Assembly (NCBI RefSeq): GCF_006345805.1
Contig: NC_042998.1
Coordinates: 38,502,001-38,566,000, forward strand
Length of the DNA stretch: 64,000 nucleotides
Reading direction: 5' to 3'
Source of the DNA: Octopus sinensis
Lineage: Eukaryota
The notes under the pieces were generated by a model. That model was given only the letters and a program-made list of their open reading frames with translations. It was not told the origin of the DNA and searched no databases. The stretch's first letter is position 1. Each line of letters starts with the position of its first letter. A program made the position numbers and the translations under genes. Of the stretch, positions 53,396 to 64,000 are shown one piece after another.

Positions 53396-53639
53396 CTACA
53401 AGAGTATCGTAAATTTTGAATTTAATGTTGGAATGAACTAACTTATTTCTGTGGTAGGGCAGATGTTCCGTGTGAGTGTGTCCACGAACATATTTTTTAT
53501 ACATTCCTCTACTTAAAGCCCCACCACTCCGAAGTCTTCTCCTTTGGGGTATTCATTTTTTTAAATTTATGTGTTACGATATTTGAATGATGTCTTTTCC
53601 TTTTTGCCTTTTGTATTGTGGAATGCAATTCTTTTCTAC

Positions 53640-53850
53640 CGTAGGCACAAGGCCCGAAATCTTTGGGGGAGGGGGGCAGTCGATTAGATTGACCCCAGTG
53701 CGTAACTGGTACTTAATTTATCGACCCCAAAAGAATGAAAGGCAAAGTCGACCTCGGTGGAATTTGAATTCAGAGCGTAAAGGCAGGCGAAATATTGCTA
53801 AGCATCTCTCTCGGCGTGCTAACGATTCTGTCAGCTCGCCGCCTCCCAAT
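53640..53850 (-). mobile_element. SINE family B
   Basis: ggcacaaggcccgaaat...atcgacccc...gtcagctcgccgcct. Confidence 0.85.
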
Positions 53851-54472
53851 TAGAATGCAATTCGTAGTAGTAGTAGTAGTAGTAGTAGTACGGGAGGGGA
53901 AGAAGAAAAGAAGAAGAAGAAGATTGCTTGCACAAGATTGTTGCATGCGGAGGAGAGATTGCTGTCTCTGATTTGATACCCTACAAGTGCCAACTTTATT
54001 TTTTCTCAGTCGATCACCAACATAATACATACAAGCTGTAGCCAAAAATGCATCGATAATATTTATACATATTTAATCTTTCACGGATGCAACGACTCAT
54101 TCCTAGGGTTTTCTTCGTATAATATCGTCTTCAGAGTTTCAATTAGGTGGAGCAGGCGTTGTTTTAACTATGAGCGCAGGTCCCGTTTAAATACCAATAA
54201 CAATATATGAACTATGGATTTTTCATCCGGAAAACCGACATCCGAGTAACTCTGCTTGCCTCGAAACCGTAATGTATTGGAAGGAAACCAATATACTTCT
54301 CGCTCGTTTCTCAAACAATCAATCTCATGTTGCGTGCCTCTGCCAATAGTGTAAATGTAGTAGAGTGTTCTTAGCCATCCATTCGGGTGTACAAGTTTCT
54401 AATATAACGGGTAACATGGTCTAATGTTCAGTACAATAACATGAGACACTAAGGTTTACTCTATACTGAGTA

Positions 54473-54856
54473 TCTCTCTCTATATAAACGGCAGTTTGTC
54501 TGTGCGTTTTCTGTGTGTCTGTTTTCTCGTACCCTCACTCTGACCACGGCTTTCAACCGATTCTGATGAAACTTGACACACACATAGCCCAATGTCATAA
54601 TTCAAAACTAACGCAGCGAAAATTTTGAAAAGTTCCCCCAGTTCTGAAAAAAATCGATAAATTCGACATGGGGTCGAGAATCAGAAACCCAAACCACAGA
54701 CCGTCTAGGGGACGCAACTCCACCTTTTTTAACTCTCAAAAAAAATTTACCATCATTTTTTTCCCATTTTTTTGCTATTTTTTGGCTATAACTCTCTAAA
54801 AATGCTTTATAGTTATTTCCCTTACAAACCTGAGCAACGCCGGGCGATACTGCTAG
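54473..54856 (+). mobile_element. Non-autonomous Helitron
   Basis: Inserted between A and T; 5' TC, subterminal hairpin cctgagcaacgccggg, 3' CTAG. Confidence 0.8.
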
Positions 54857-55366
54857 TATGAAATAAATCAAATGAGAAATTAGAAAATTGTATCGGTAAT
54901 GTATAGTAAATAAAGTACTGAAGCAGATTGTTTATTGCGTTGCAAACCAAATTACAAGAGCAATCTTAATTCGTGCATTTGGCAGTGCTGTGTAAACAAA
55001 TAGATCCGTGATAAAACATTTTCACCATCATAAAGAAATGCTTGATTTGCTTTGCTATCATTATCGGGAATGTTAAGGTCATCTAGGCTAAAGAAAGTGT
55101 ATGGAGATACAAACAAGCAAAATCAATGCCGGGTTCCAATGTGGGTTTTAGAAGTAGCGGTAAACGATTTTCTCCCTCTATAGTTTGCATAAAGTATTTT
55201 TTTCTTCTTGATGAACCATTAATGATCGTCGAAATTAGTCGAGTTTGTTCGGTCTGCATAATAGGATCTTTATTTGAAGGAGGCTTAATGTATATATATT
55301 GCACATACACAAGTAAATTTATTTATATGTTACAAACTTATTTGGTACTTTAATTCACATACATAG

Positions 55367-55447
<81 letters not shown>

Positions 55448-55501
55448 CACACACATTCATAATGAAAGACTGAAGATGGAATATACGAGAATCTATTATT
55501 A

Positions 55502-55580
55502 ATCACAACATTTATTTCGACACGTCTAGCACCGACCCTTCACCGGTGGGACACACAACTGACGTACCTCATCGGGTGAT
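55502..55580 (-). ncRNA. Hammerhead-like fold, copy 1 of tandem pair (U4C core variant)
   Basis: Minus strand: AUCAC-CCGAUGA-GGUACGUC...GACGUGUC-GAAA-U-AAAU-G-UU-GUGAU. 5-bp stem I, 8-bp stem II with two G-U pairs. Confidence 0.55.
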
Positions 55581-55628
55581 AAATAGGCACAGCTATGAAA
55601 GTGACCGTGCTTCACCATTCGTCTTATT

Positions 55629-55672
<44 letters not shown>

Positions 55673-55726
55673 CACACACATTCATAATGAAAGACTGAAG
55701 ATGGAATATACGAGAATCTATTATTA

Positions 55727-55805
55727 ATCACAACATTTATTTCGACACGTCTAGCACCGACCCTTCACCGGTGGGACACACAACTGACGTACCTCATCGG
55801 GTGAT
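55727..55805 (-). ncRNA. Hammerhead-like fold, copy 2 of tandem pair
   Basis: Same sequence as 55502-55580, offset by 225 nt. Confidence 0.55.
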
Positions 55806-55853
55806 AAATAGGCACAGCTATGAAAGTGACCGTGCTTCACCATTCGTCTTATT

Positions 55854-55889
<36 letters not shown>

Positions 55890-55894
<5 letters not shown>

Positions 55895-56918
55895 CTGCAA
55901 AGTGAAAATATTCGCTGATGACACTAAGCTCCAGCAAATCGTCAATGAAGAAGCAGACGAACTCAACTTCAGTCTGACCTATATGCTGTGAGTCAATGGG
56001 CAGACAGAAACAAAATGCAAGAATGAGGGAAAATTTGAGCTGATGCATTTTGGAAGAAATTCCTCACTAAAGCAACCATACTCTCTTCCTTCAGGAGAAC
56101 GCTCACAGCTCTAACAATATCAGAGACCTGGGTGTAATTGTTGATGACGATCTCAGTTGGAGCGCACACATCAACAAGAAGGTCGATACAGCTCGTAGGA
56201 TGAGTTCCTGGATCTTAAGAACTTTCCGGTCCAGAGAACAAGGTGTCATCATACCACTTTTTTCATCCTTTGTACGGCCACACCTTGAATACTGCTGCCC
56301 ACTGTGGTCTCCTCACACAAGACAAAACATCTCCAGAATTGAGTCACCCCAGAGGGCTCTCACTAAACAAATTGAAGGCATGGCTGCTCTCGACTATTGG
56401 GATCGCCTTAAAGCCTTGAAACTTTACTCCTCCAGCGTCGCCGTGAGCGGTACATCATTTGTACGATGTGGAAAATATACCGCCAACTTTGCCCAAACGA
56501 CCTAAACATTAGCTTCAAGGTTCATCCGAGACTTGGACCACGGGCTATACGTCCCCTGCCAAATTCAAGATCACAACATACATGTACACTGCAACATAAT
56601 TTCTTTTCCTCAACAGGCCCTGCCCTATTTAACATTGTCGAGGGAGATCAAAGAGGAAAAGGATCCCATCAACTTCAAAAGAGTCTGGATAGATTCCTTC
56701 AAAGAATACCAGACAAGCCACCCATAATTGGATACAACTCACCCAACAAGAACTCACTACTTGAACAAAACTGGATACAACTCACCCAACAAGAACTCAC
56801 TACTTGAACAAAACTTGACTTAAACAGGATTCGAATAATCCTATCAGGTGGTGCTATTAAGTTAGACATGGCCTGGACCAATCTCTGGTCGAAACATATC
56901 TAAGTTTATCTAAGTTTA
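55890..56918 (+). mobile_element. CR1-like LINE 3' portion (RT C-terminus to 3' tail)
   Basis: IFADDTKL, RDLGV, WILRTFRSR...SFVRPHLEYCCPLWSP...IESPQRALTK; ends in a (taagtttatc)-type tail. Confidence 0.88.
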
Positions 56919-56929
56919 TATATATATAT

Positions 56930-56984
56930 ATATAAACGTACATATTAATATATATATATATATATATAAACGTACATATTAAAG

Positions 56985-57015
<31 letters not shown>

Positions 57016-57087
57016 AACGTACATATTAAAGTATATATATATATATATATATATATTAAACGTACATATAAAGTATATATATATATA

Positions 57088-57119
<32 letters not shown>

Positions 57120-57145
57120 AACGTACTATTAAAGTATATATATAT
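56930..57145. repeat. Minisatellite taaacgtacatattaa(ag)(ta)n, about 6 units
   Basis: Directly visible, immediately after the LINE tail. Confidence 0.9.
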
Positions 57146-57285
57146 AAATTAGAGCTAAAAGCACTAACGTAATTTCACGAGTTTTATATAAACGTTTAAT
57201 AAGACGTTTTTCGTTTTGAAATTTTTTAGTTAATGATACGCCTTTTGAGAGATAAGGAAACTTTTTTATTTAAGAAATATTATTA

Positions 57286-57664
57286 TCTGTATATATATAA
57301 AGCTGAAGTTGTCTGTGTATCGCAGGTTTAGTAGTCATACACTATCTCCTCCGAGACCCTGCGGCGCGAGTTGATCAAAATTGAGAGTATGATAGGAGGC
57401 TTGCTCTTCCTTCCGTAGAAGAAAAAATTCAAATCGGACCACGTTAACACCAAAAATTATTTACATCAAAAGGGTGCTTTTGTTTATGAAAATCCCTATT
57501 TTTTACGATTTTTTTACTGCTCTCGCGCCATTTTTCGGTGTATTTCAACTAGAAAAATGTTCACTTAAAGAGCTACAAGCTACATAATGCAAACTTTTTA
57601 CTTTTCAAAAATTACAATTCTAAAGTGTCGAAACAAACCCGAGCAACACCGCGCGATAAACTAG
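57286..57664 (+). mobile_element. Non-autonomous Helitron with a different internal sequence
   Basis: A|TC...cccgagcaacaccgcgcgataaaCTAG|T. Confidence 0.75.
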
Positions 57665-57764
57665 TATATATATAATTATTGATTGTTAAATATGAATTTA
57701 TAATTTTGATTTGCTAATGATAATTTAGATATGTGCATTTACTTAATTATTATTACTCTTTTAC

Positions 57765-57964
57765 TTGTTTCAGTCATTTGACTGTGGCCATAATGGAGCA
57801 CCACCTTTAGTCGAGCAAATCGACCCCAGGACTTATTCTTTATAAGCCTAGTACTTATTCTATCGGTCTCTTTTGCTGAACTGCTAAGTTACGGGGACGT
57901 AAATACACCAGCATCGGTTGTCAAGCGATGTTGGGTGGACAAACACAGACACACAAACACACAC

Positions 57965-58003
<39 letters not shown>

Positions 58004-58140
58004 TGCGACGGGCTTCTTTCAGTTTCCGTCTACCAAATCCACTCACAAGGCTTTGGTCGGCCCGAGGCTATGGTAGAAGACACTTATCCAAGGTGCCACG
58101 CATTGGGACTGAACCTCTGAACTGTTTTTCGTAAGCAAGC
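57765..58140 (-). mobile_element. SINE family A
   Basis: Reverse complement of family A including the tail. Confidence 0.88.
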
Positions 58141-61100
58141 TACTTGTTTATAATTATTATATCTGAACGTAAATTTTAAGATATTAGTTAGTCACTTTGT
58201 GATCTAGATCGTAAGAATGTTTTAAATTTAACAATAAGTTTCTTATTATATTTCTAGTCATTATATATTTCTCGTACTATTTAGATTTAATAATAATAGT
58301 AATTAATAAGTATTTTATAAAGATTGGTTATACGTTTTTAATCAGGAATTTTTCAATTCTTTATTTGTATTTCATAAATATTTTCTAAAGATATCTATAA
58401 TATTTTTGTAAGTAATAATGGAATAATTTATTTATTGGTATATGTTTATGTGTTTATTGATAGAAAAAAATATAGAGTTTTAATTACTATATTTGTTGAT
58501 TATAATTTAGATACTTATTTTTATGTATTTATTAAGTTACGAAAGTTCAAATTCATACTCTGAAAAGAGCTACCGTGAAGTAACAAAATGAAGAGAGTGG
58601 GAGGAGGGACTGTGTGTAAAAATTGAAGTGATGAGAATAAAGAAGAGAAAAAATAATTGACAAGGCTTATTGGGGGAAAATAGCGCAAGAAACGAAGGAA
58701 AATAGTAGTAGTAGTAGTTGTAGTAGAAGAAGAAGAAGTTGGCGATGATGTGCAAGTGAAGAGAGACAAAAAGTTAGAAAAATGACAGTTGAATCAGTGC
58801 AACAAAGTGTAAACAAGTAGAAAGATGTTTGCGACGCCATATTGTTTTTTACACAATAACTCTTCTTTTCATAAAGTTATAAAATAAATAAACAACTGGC
58901 TTTTGTTCTTAAGTTAGCATTGTCTGCTAAAGCAGGTGTAGGACCGTTGCCAATGAGATGCCAACATTTAGCTTCAGCCTTTAAAAAAGAGAAAGAATTG
59001 CTCCACTATTCTGGGAGCAGTAACGATTCAAATATCTCTAGCCTCCGCTACCACCACCACCACCACCATCAAGTACAAAAATGCAGTAAGCTTACTCAAG
59101 ACTATTGATGTAATATATATGAAGAACAACTAGTAAAATGCTATTAAATATAGACTATGAGTTTCGATTGACGCATATTGTTAAGCATTAAAACGTTCAG
59201 CTACTATATAATGGTGTAGATTAGATAACCAAGACTTAATCTCTTTTCTCCTCTCTATCTCTCTCCCTCTCTCTCTCTTTTTCTCTCTCTCTCTCTCAAT
59301 GCTTCTTACACTATATCACACTGATACTTTTCCTTTCCTCTGAGTTATTTGAACTCCGAGCTGGAAATCACTAACCTTGGGAATGACTTAATTTTATTGG
59401 GAGGCTGACAAAGGTATAGTGTGCGTATCATTAATCTTGTTACTTCAAATGTCTTGAAAGATATTGTGTGCATTTTACTAACAAGTAATTGGTCTGCTAA
59501 AAAATCCCTGCTGATTTACGATAAATATCAGTTCCACATATATTTGCAGACGGAATTTTTGAACATTTTCTAGTTGTATCCTGAATGTCCGTTCTTGCAA
59601 CATACATTCTCGCCCAGGGTTCATCAAGCTTCGGCACGTATTCAGATGGTATTCTGTCGATACCATCAGTAAAATTTGCTTCTAGCTGACAACATCTATA
59701 GGTTTTGTCTGTCGCTCCCGTATCAAGGGAATCACCTACAAACTCTCGTCTGTTTATCTCTGTTGGCGTTCACTTGGTCCGATAATCGCTTATGAAGCAG
59801 GCTTTTGTAATAACTACATTTTCTCTGAACCATTACCCTACATTCTTTTACCACGTCTATGAAAATAATATGCTTTCTCTTTGTTATCTTCAAATAAAGT
59901 TGATATTCCTTTCTGCTAATTACGTTCACACTTAACACGTTTTGGGGTTTTATAACTTACTTTTATGAAAAATAGTTGGAAGGTTCATTTAAGTAATTGT
60001 ACCGGCTGGGGTATCTTTTTGTCTATACCGTAGTGCAAACACACGTCATTACAACAATGGCTGACCACTACATGAAAAATAAACTTAAATTCGAAACTAA
60101 TGTTGATCATCAGCATATGAGAACAAGAAATTAAGCGAAACCAACTTTAAACGTTGTTGTATAACTACAGCTCACTTCCAGCTAAGATCTAAGTATGACA
60201 TGCAGATATGTCGACCGAATGAATTCGAGCAATCCGTAGACCCATTGCTCAAGTTAGATATAATATTTATTAATTTAAGTAAGGTGTGCATTCCAACAAT
60301 GAAGTGATGAATTGTATCAGGAACAGTTGATAGTTTAAACGTATTTCTATTCTCTCCACTGTCCAGATTGTTTCTGTTCGCTCTTAGATATTGACGGATG
60401 GCTATGGCGGAGAAAACATGGAGGGCAGAGTTTGAGAATTGATCTTCTTTTGCACTTATGTGGGCGTGCGCACCAGCACAGTGTTTACGGAGAATGAGTC
60501 ACTTGATGTCGTAGCTATTTTTGTGTGTAAGAATTTTTTAAAACTCACTGCGCTGTGTGGGAGAAAGGCTGTTTTGAAATATTCTGCTATAGTAGTTCTG
60601 TAGAGTGTTGAATAGATATTGGGGTGGTTGGAGTAACTTTCATCTTCTGACAGGAACTGCGATGGCTCATGTTTGCAGTGGCAACAAACTCTAACCCTCG
60701 TACAATGGAGTTCCATTTCTGCATTTCATTTCGTCGACTCGGTGGTTCATTGAGGTTGTACTTGTAGAACCTTTATAATGTATATTATTTTAGAAATAGT
60801 GCACAAACAGGACTGTCAATATCCATTATGGGCTGTGTTGGTTCTTTTAGTTAAGATACAGTCCACCCAAAAGGATCGACCCAGTTTTTCCTTAACTAAA
60901 TTTTATTGATAAGGTTTGGGCCCTTAGAAATTTATGGTAAGAACCTTTCACTTAAGTTGCCAAGCAATAAAGTCAAAGCTAGGAAGTGAACTGTTTAACA
61001 ACTTGCTGTACCACACACTTGTCAGACGAAAAGCACATCCCCTCATTAAAGTTTTTATGCACACTCATAAAAACAGTTTCTATCTTGATAACTACATTAT

Positions 61101-62384
61101 TTCTATTTGTGTGAGAAGCATTAATTCCAACAAGATTTTTTTTTTGTGTGTTAAGCCATAAATGTATGTACTGTATTTTACAGGAATTCAGCTTTTCACT
61201 GATTAAACTTACGATCGGGTATTGTTTCGGAGAAAGCAAAAAAAAACAACAAAAACAAATGTATTTGTAAGCGAGTTGAATTTAGAAGATATTGTAAAAA
61301 GGAAAATAGAATTCTATTTCAACGATTCATTATTTTACATCAGAATGCTCAGGAAATGGCCCTTCGTTTCATGTCTACTGTGGAAATTACTTTTCTGTCT
61401 GTCCACTAGATGTATATTCCAATTTTCGTTTGGAAACAATTATCAATTCTTCTTAGAAAATCACCTCAAATAAACTGGTTTTCTTCCACTGAGAATTCTA
61501 TTAAAATCTGTTTACCAACTGCAGAGACATTGGTACGTTTCTGCTAAAGATAAGTAATCTTACATTCTTTAATTTACATGTGATGAAAATTAAGAATCCG
61601 TGTCCCAGAAAACTTCACTGCTTATATCTGATTTAGACCAAACGATTTCGTCGAATGCTTTCACTGTTATACGGAATGTGAGTGCGCGCGCGTGTTTATC
61701 TGACATTTATTTTAGAAAACACCCAAGGAAATAGTTTTCACCAAAACCAATAAAATATTTTCAAAGTATTTGATTCATTATTTAATCAGAGTTCAGCTAA
61801 CTTAAAACCAGTTAAGTAAAGAAAAGTATGCAAAGTTAAAATATTTCAGATTCCATACAAAAACGTTTCGGTCGATTCAGAAATCAATTTTCTATTTTCC
61901 GTTGTATCTTGTTACATATTTAGAGTATGAAATGAAATATAAATCTCATTCTAAACTGCGCAATCGTTTCCTAAATATATTTGTCTCTCATTTCTCTAAC
62001 AGGTTACGCAAGTGTTCGGTAAGCTTAGATTAAGTATTATTGCGGACCTCAAATCAGTCTAGTCGCCGTGAGGTGCATGTGAACATATCGACAACCTCAA
62101 ATACGCAATCAATCGCGCAATTACAAAACAGCCAGACACTGGATCACATCTAAGTAAAAGAGACGTGATTCTATTCCGTCATTTTTTACGGTTCAAATGA
62201 GAGACTAGGATAAAGTTTGCCAAATGTGTGCTTCTAATTGCAGATATGTACTGAGTTTGTAAGGTGGAATGTCTTTCCATGAGATAAATGTAGCCCCTGT
62301 AGTTTGTGCAGAGGAAAAGCAACTCCCGTGTTTATTTCAAGTATAAACATAAACACACATACACGCTTACATATATCTATATAC

Positions 62385-63365
62385 ACATACGTACAGGACA
62401 GTTCTACCTAAAACGAAAACAAGGCGGCAGAGGCTTAAGATCGATCCAAAATGCCAGTGAATGTCGTATCATATCCCTTCGGCAACATCTTTTAACCATC
62501 AGGTTTCGAAGTCCATCCCTTGACCAAATTTGCATTCATAGGGCTGATAACATCATAAGACTTGAGCAACATTCTTTGTCTGATAACCTAGAATACATAC
62601 CCAAAGAAGTTGCACCATTTTGCCGCAACGTATCATCAAAGTAGTCTATCATGGACCAATAGGCGGGTTACTATCTCCCACTTTGAAGAGTATGCGTTTG
62701 CAATCCAGGAACAAGAAATATCAACCAAATACCTGATGCACAAAAGAGATAGAGATGCAGAAAAAGCTGTAAACTGTGACAACTGATGGAGACTTTATGG
62801 AATTAACACTGAAGATATCATCCACATCATAAGCAGTTATTCGAAAACGTCATCACGATATTATCTGCCGATGAGACATGTAGATAGGACGCTCTATAAT
62901 GAAATTTGTTGGAAGGATAGCCCCGAGAACAAAGAAATAAGAACCCACAGTATAGTAGAAACCATAGCCACTCATAATAAAAAGGAGTACTGGTGGAATG
63001 TCCCAGTGAAGGCCTCAATTAAATGTAAGCACAATAGATCTGATATACTGATTCAGAATAGAGAAGAAAAACTTTCGAAATTAGCTGCTCAGCAGATGTT
63101 AACATAAAGCTGTAGATTAGTGAAAAAGAAAATACCTACGCTGAACGTTTGAGAAATCTGAAGTTACTCTTTCTTTATTACAAGTTCAGGTTTATTTCTA
63201 TAATTATTGGGACCCTGGGATATGTAACACACCGCCTAAATACAAATCTTGAGAAATTAGGTTTCTCAAAACCAGAAAGGAGAAAGCTAATTCGAAGACT
63301 ACTGATCCAATCCATCACTGGAACTGTAAAAATCTGTAAAACCTTCCAGAGGTTTATCATTTAAA
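62385..63365 (+). mobile_element. R4/Dong-like non-LTR retrotransposon 3' part, same family as 4110-4790
   Basis: YLKRKQGGRGL, SHFEEYAFAIQEQEISTKY, EYWWNVPVKASIKCKHNRSDI, IIIGTLG...KICKTFQRFII-stop; frameshifted. Confidence 0.88.
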
Positions 63366-63625
63366 TATATATGAGCATGTCTAGATATGTAACTATATGC
63401 ATGAGAATACATACATTCATACATACCTATATGCCTACGTACATGCCTACGTACGTTCATACATAATTACATACGTACATAAATATATACAAACAAACAA
63501 AAAACCGCCTGTTCTTGATGTTGAAATTGCAGTGAAGGAACCTTGGAGCTAGGTTAGAAACTTGTTCTTTCTCTGTTTGCAAGAAATCTTGGAACAAAAC
63601 TGAACAATGACACATATATACATAC

Positions 63626-63677
<52 letters not shown>

Positions 63678-63749
63678 TTAAAATATACACTTGCGTATGT
63701 GTATGTACACATGACATTAACAATAACAGCAGTAACAATTATAAATGAA

Positions 63750-63925
63750 TAAGTCGGAGATCTGTGGAAATCGTTAGTACGCTGAGCAGAATGCTTTGCA
63801 GCATTTCGCTCGTTATTATGTTCTGAGTTCAAATTCCACCGAGGTCGGCTTTGCCTTTCATCCTAGTCGGGGTCGATGAAATCGACTCCCCCCTGAATTG
63901 CAGGCCTTGTGCCAAAATTTGAAAT
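63750..63925 (+). mobile_element. SINE family B
   Basis: gttctgagttcaaattccaccgaggtcggctttgcctttcatcc...ggccttgtgccaaaatttgaa. Confidence 0.8.
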
Positions 63926-64000
63926 TAATAATGATAAGCAAATAGATAAATGTGATATAACTGTGGAAAGGCTTGATCTTGCATTACCGATGGCCTTCTC

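Larger units (their letters stand above)
55441..55890. repeat. Direct tandem duplication, 2 x 225 bp, bounded by (TA)n/(CA)n
   Basis: Unit gtacacacac...cttattatccaat(at)n starts at 55441 and at 55666; copies appear identical by eye. Confidence 0.9.

Noticed and set aside
58150-58530. AT-rich skewed tract resembling ND1 (ERK.LGY) or a decayed PLE RT (SYD motif, minus strand)
   Set aside because: Only short chance-level motifs amid many stops; cannot be supported.
60456-60770. Minus-strand ORFs with a faint transposase-like NHPNIY motif
   Set aside because: Too short and degenerate to classify.
61985-62025. Plus-strand acceptor, 16 nt, then a gtaagc donor (microexon-like)
   Set aside because: No plus-strand gene context in the window; such motifs arise by chance.
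1-64000. Many ORFs rich in YI/CV/TH/ER/LS repeats in the supplied track
   Set aside because: They are translations of (TA)n, (TG)n, (GA)n and (GATA)n microsatellites or SINE bodies, not genes.

Overview
AT-rich, microsatellite-saturated animal genomic DNA. The SINE/LINE/Penelope/Helitron repertoire looks like a coleoid cephalopod such as Octopus (inference, no search run). The only host gene supported is the 3' half of a minus-strand class A neuropeptide-type GPCR: a 210-nt TM6-TM7 exon (37144-36935) spliced phase 0 across a 17.9-kb intron to a terminal exon (19033-18791) encoding helix 8 and the C-tail. Its 5' exons were not found and probably lie beyond 64000. The rest is transposon debris: CR1/L2-like LINEs, R4/Dong-like RLE retrotransposons, a Penelope GIY-YIG fragment, two mariner copies, a pogo element, two non-autonomous Helitrons, a hAT-like MITE and several tRNA-derived SINE families. 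The most notable unannotated signal is a set of Penelope-type minimal type I hammerhead ribozyme folds, all on the minus (GPCR-sense) strand: one intact at 3322-3404, one 263 nt upstream of the TM6 exon acceptor, and a tandem pair in a 225-bp duplication. Several long fold-back hairpins also occur. Almost all ORFs in the supplied track are microsatellite or repeat artefacts.
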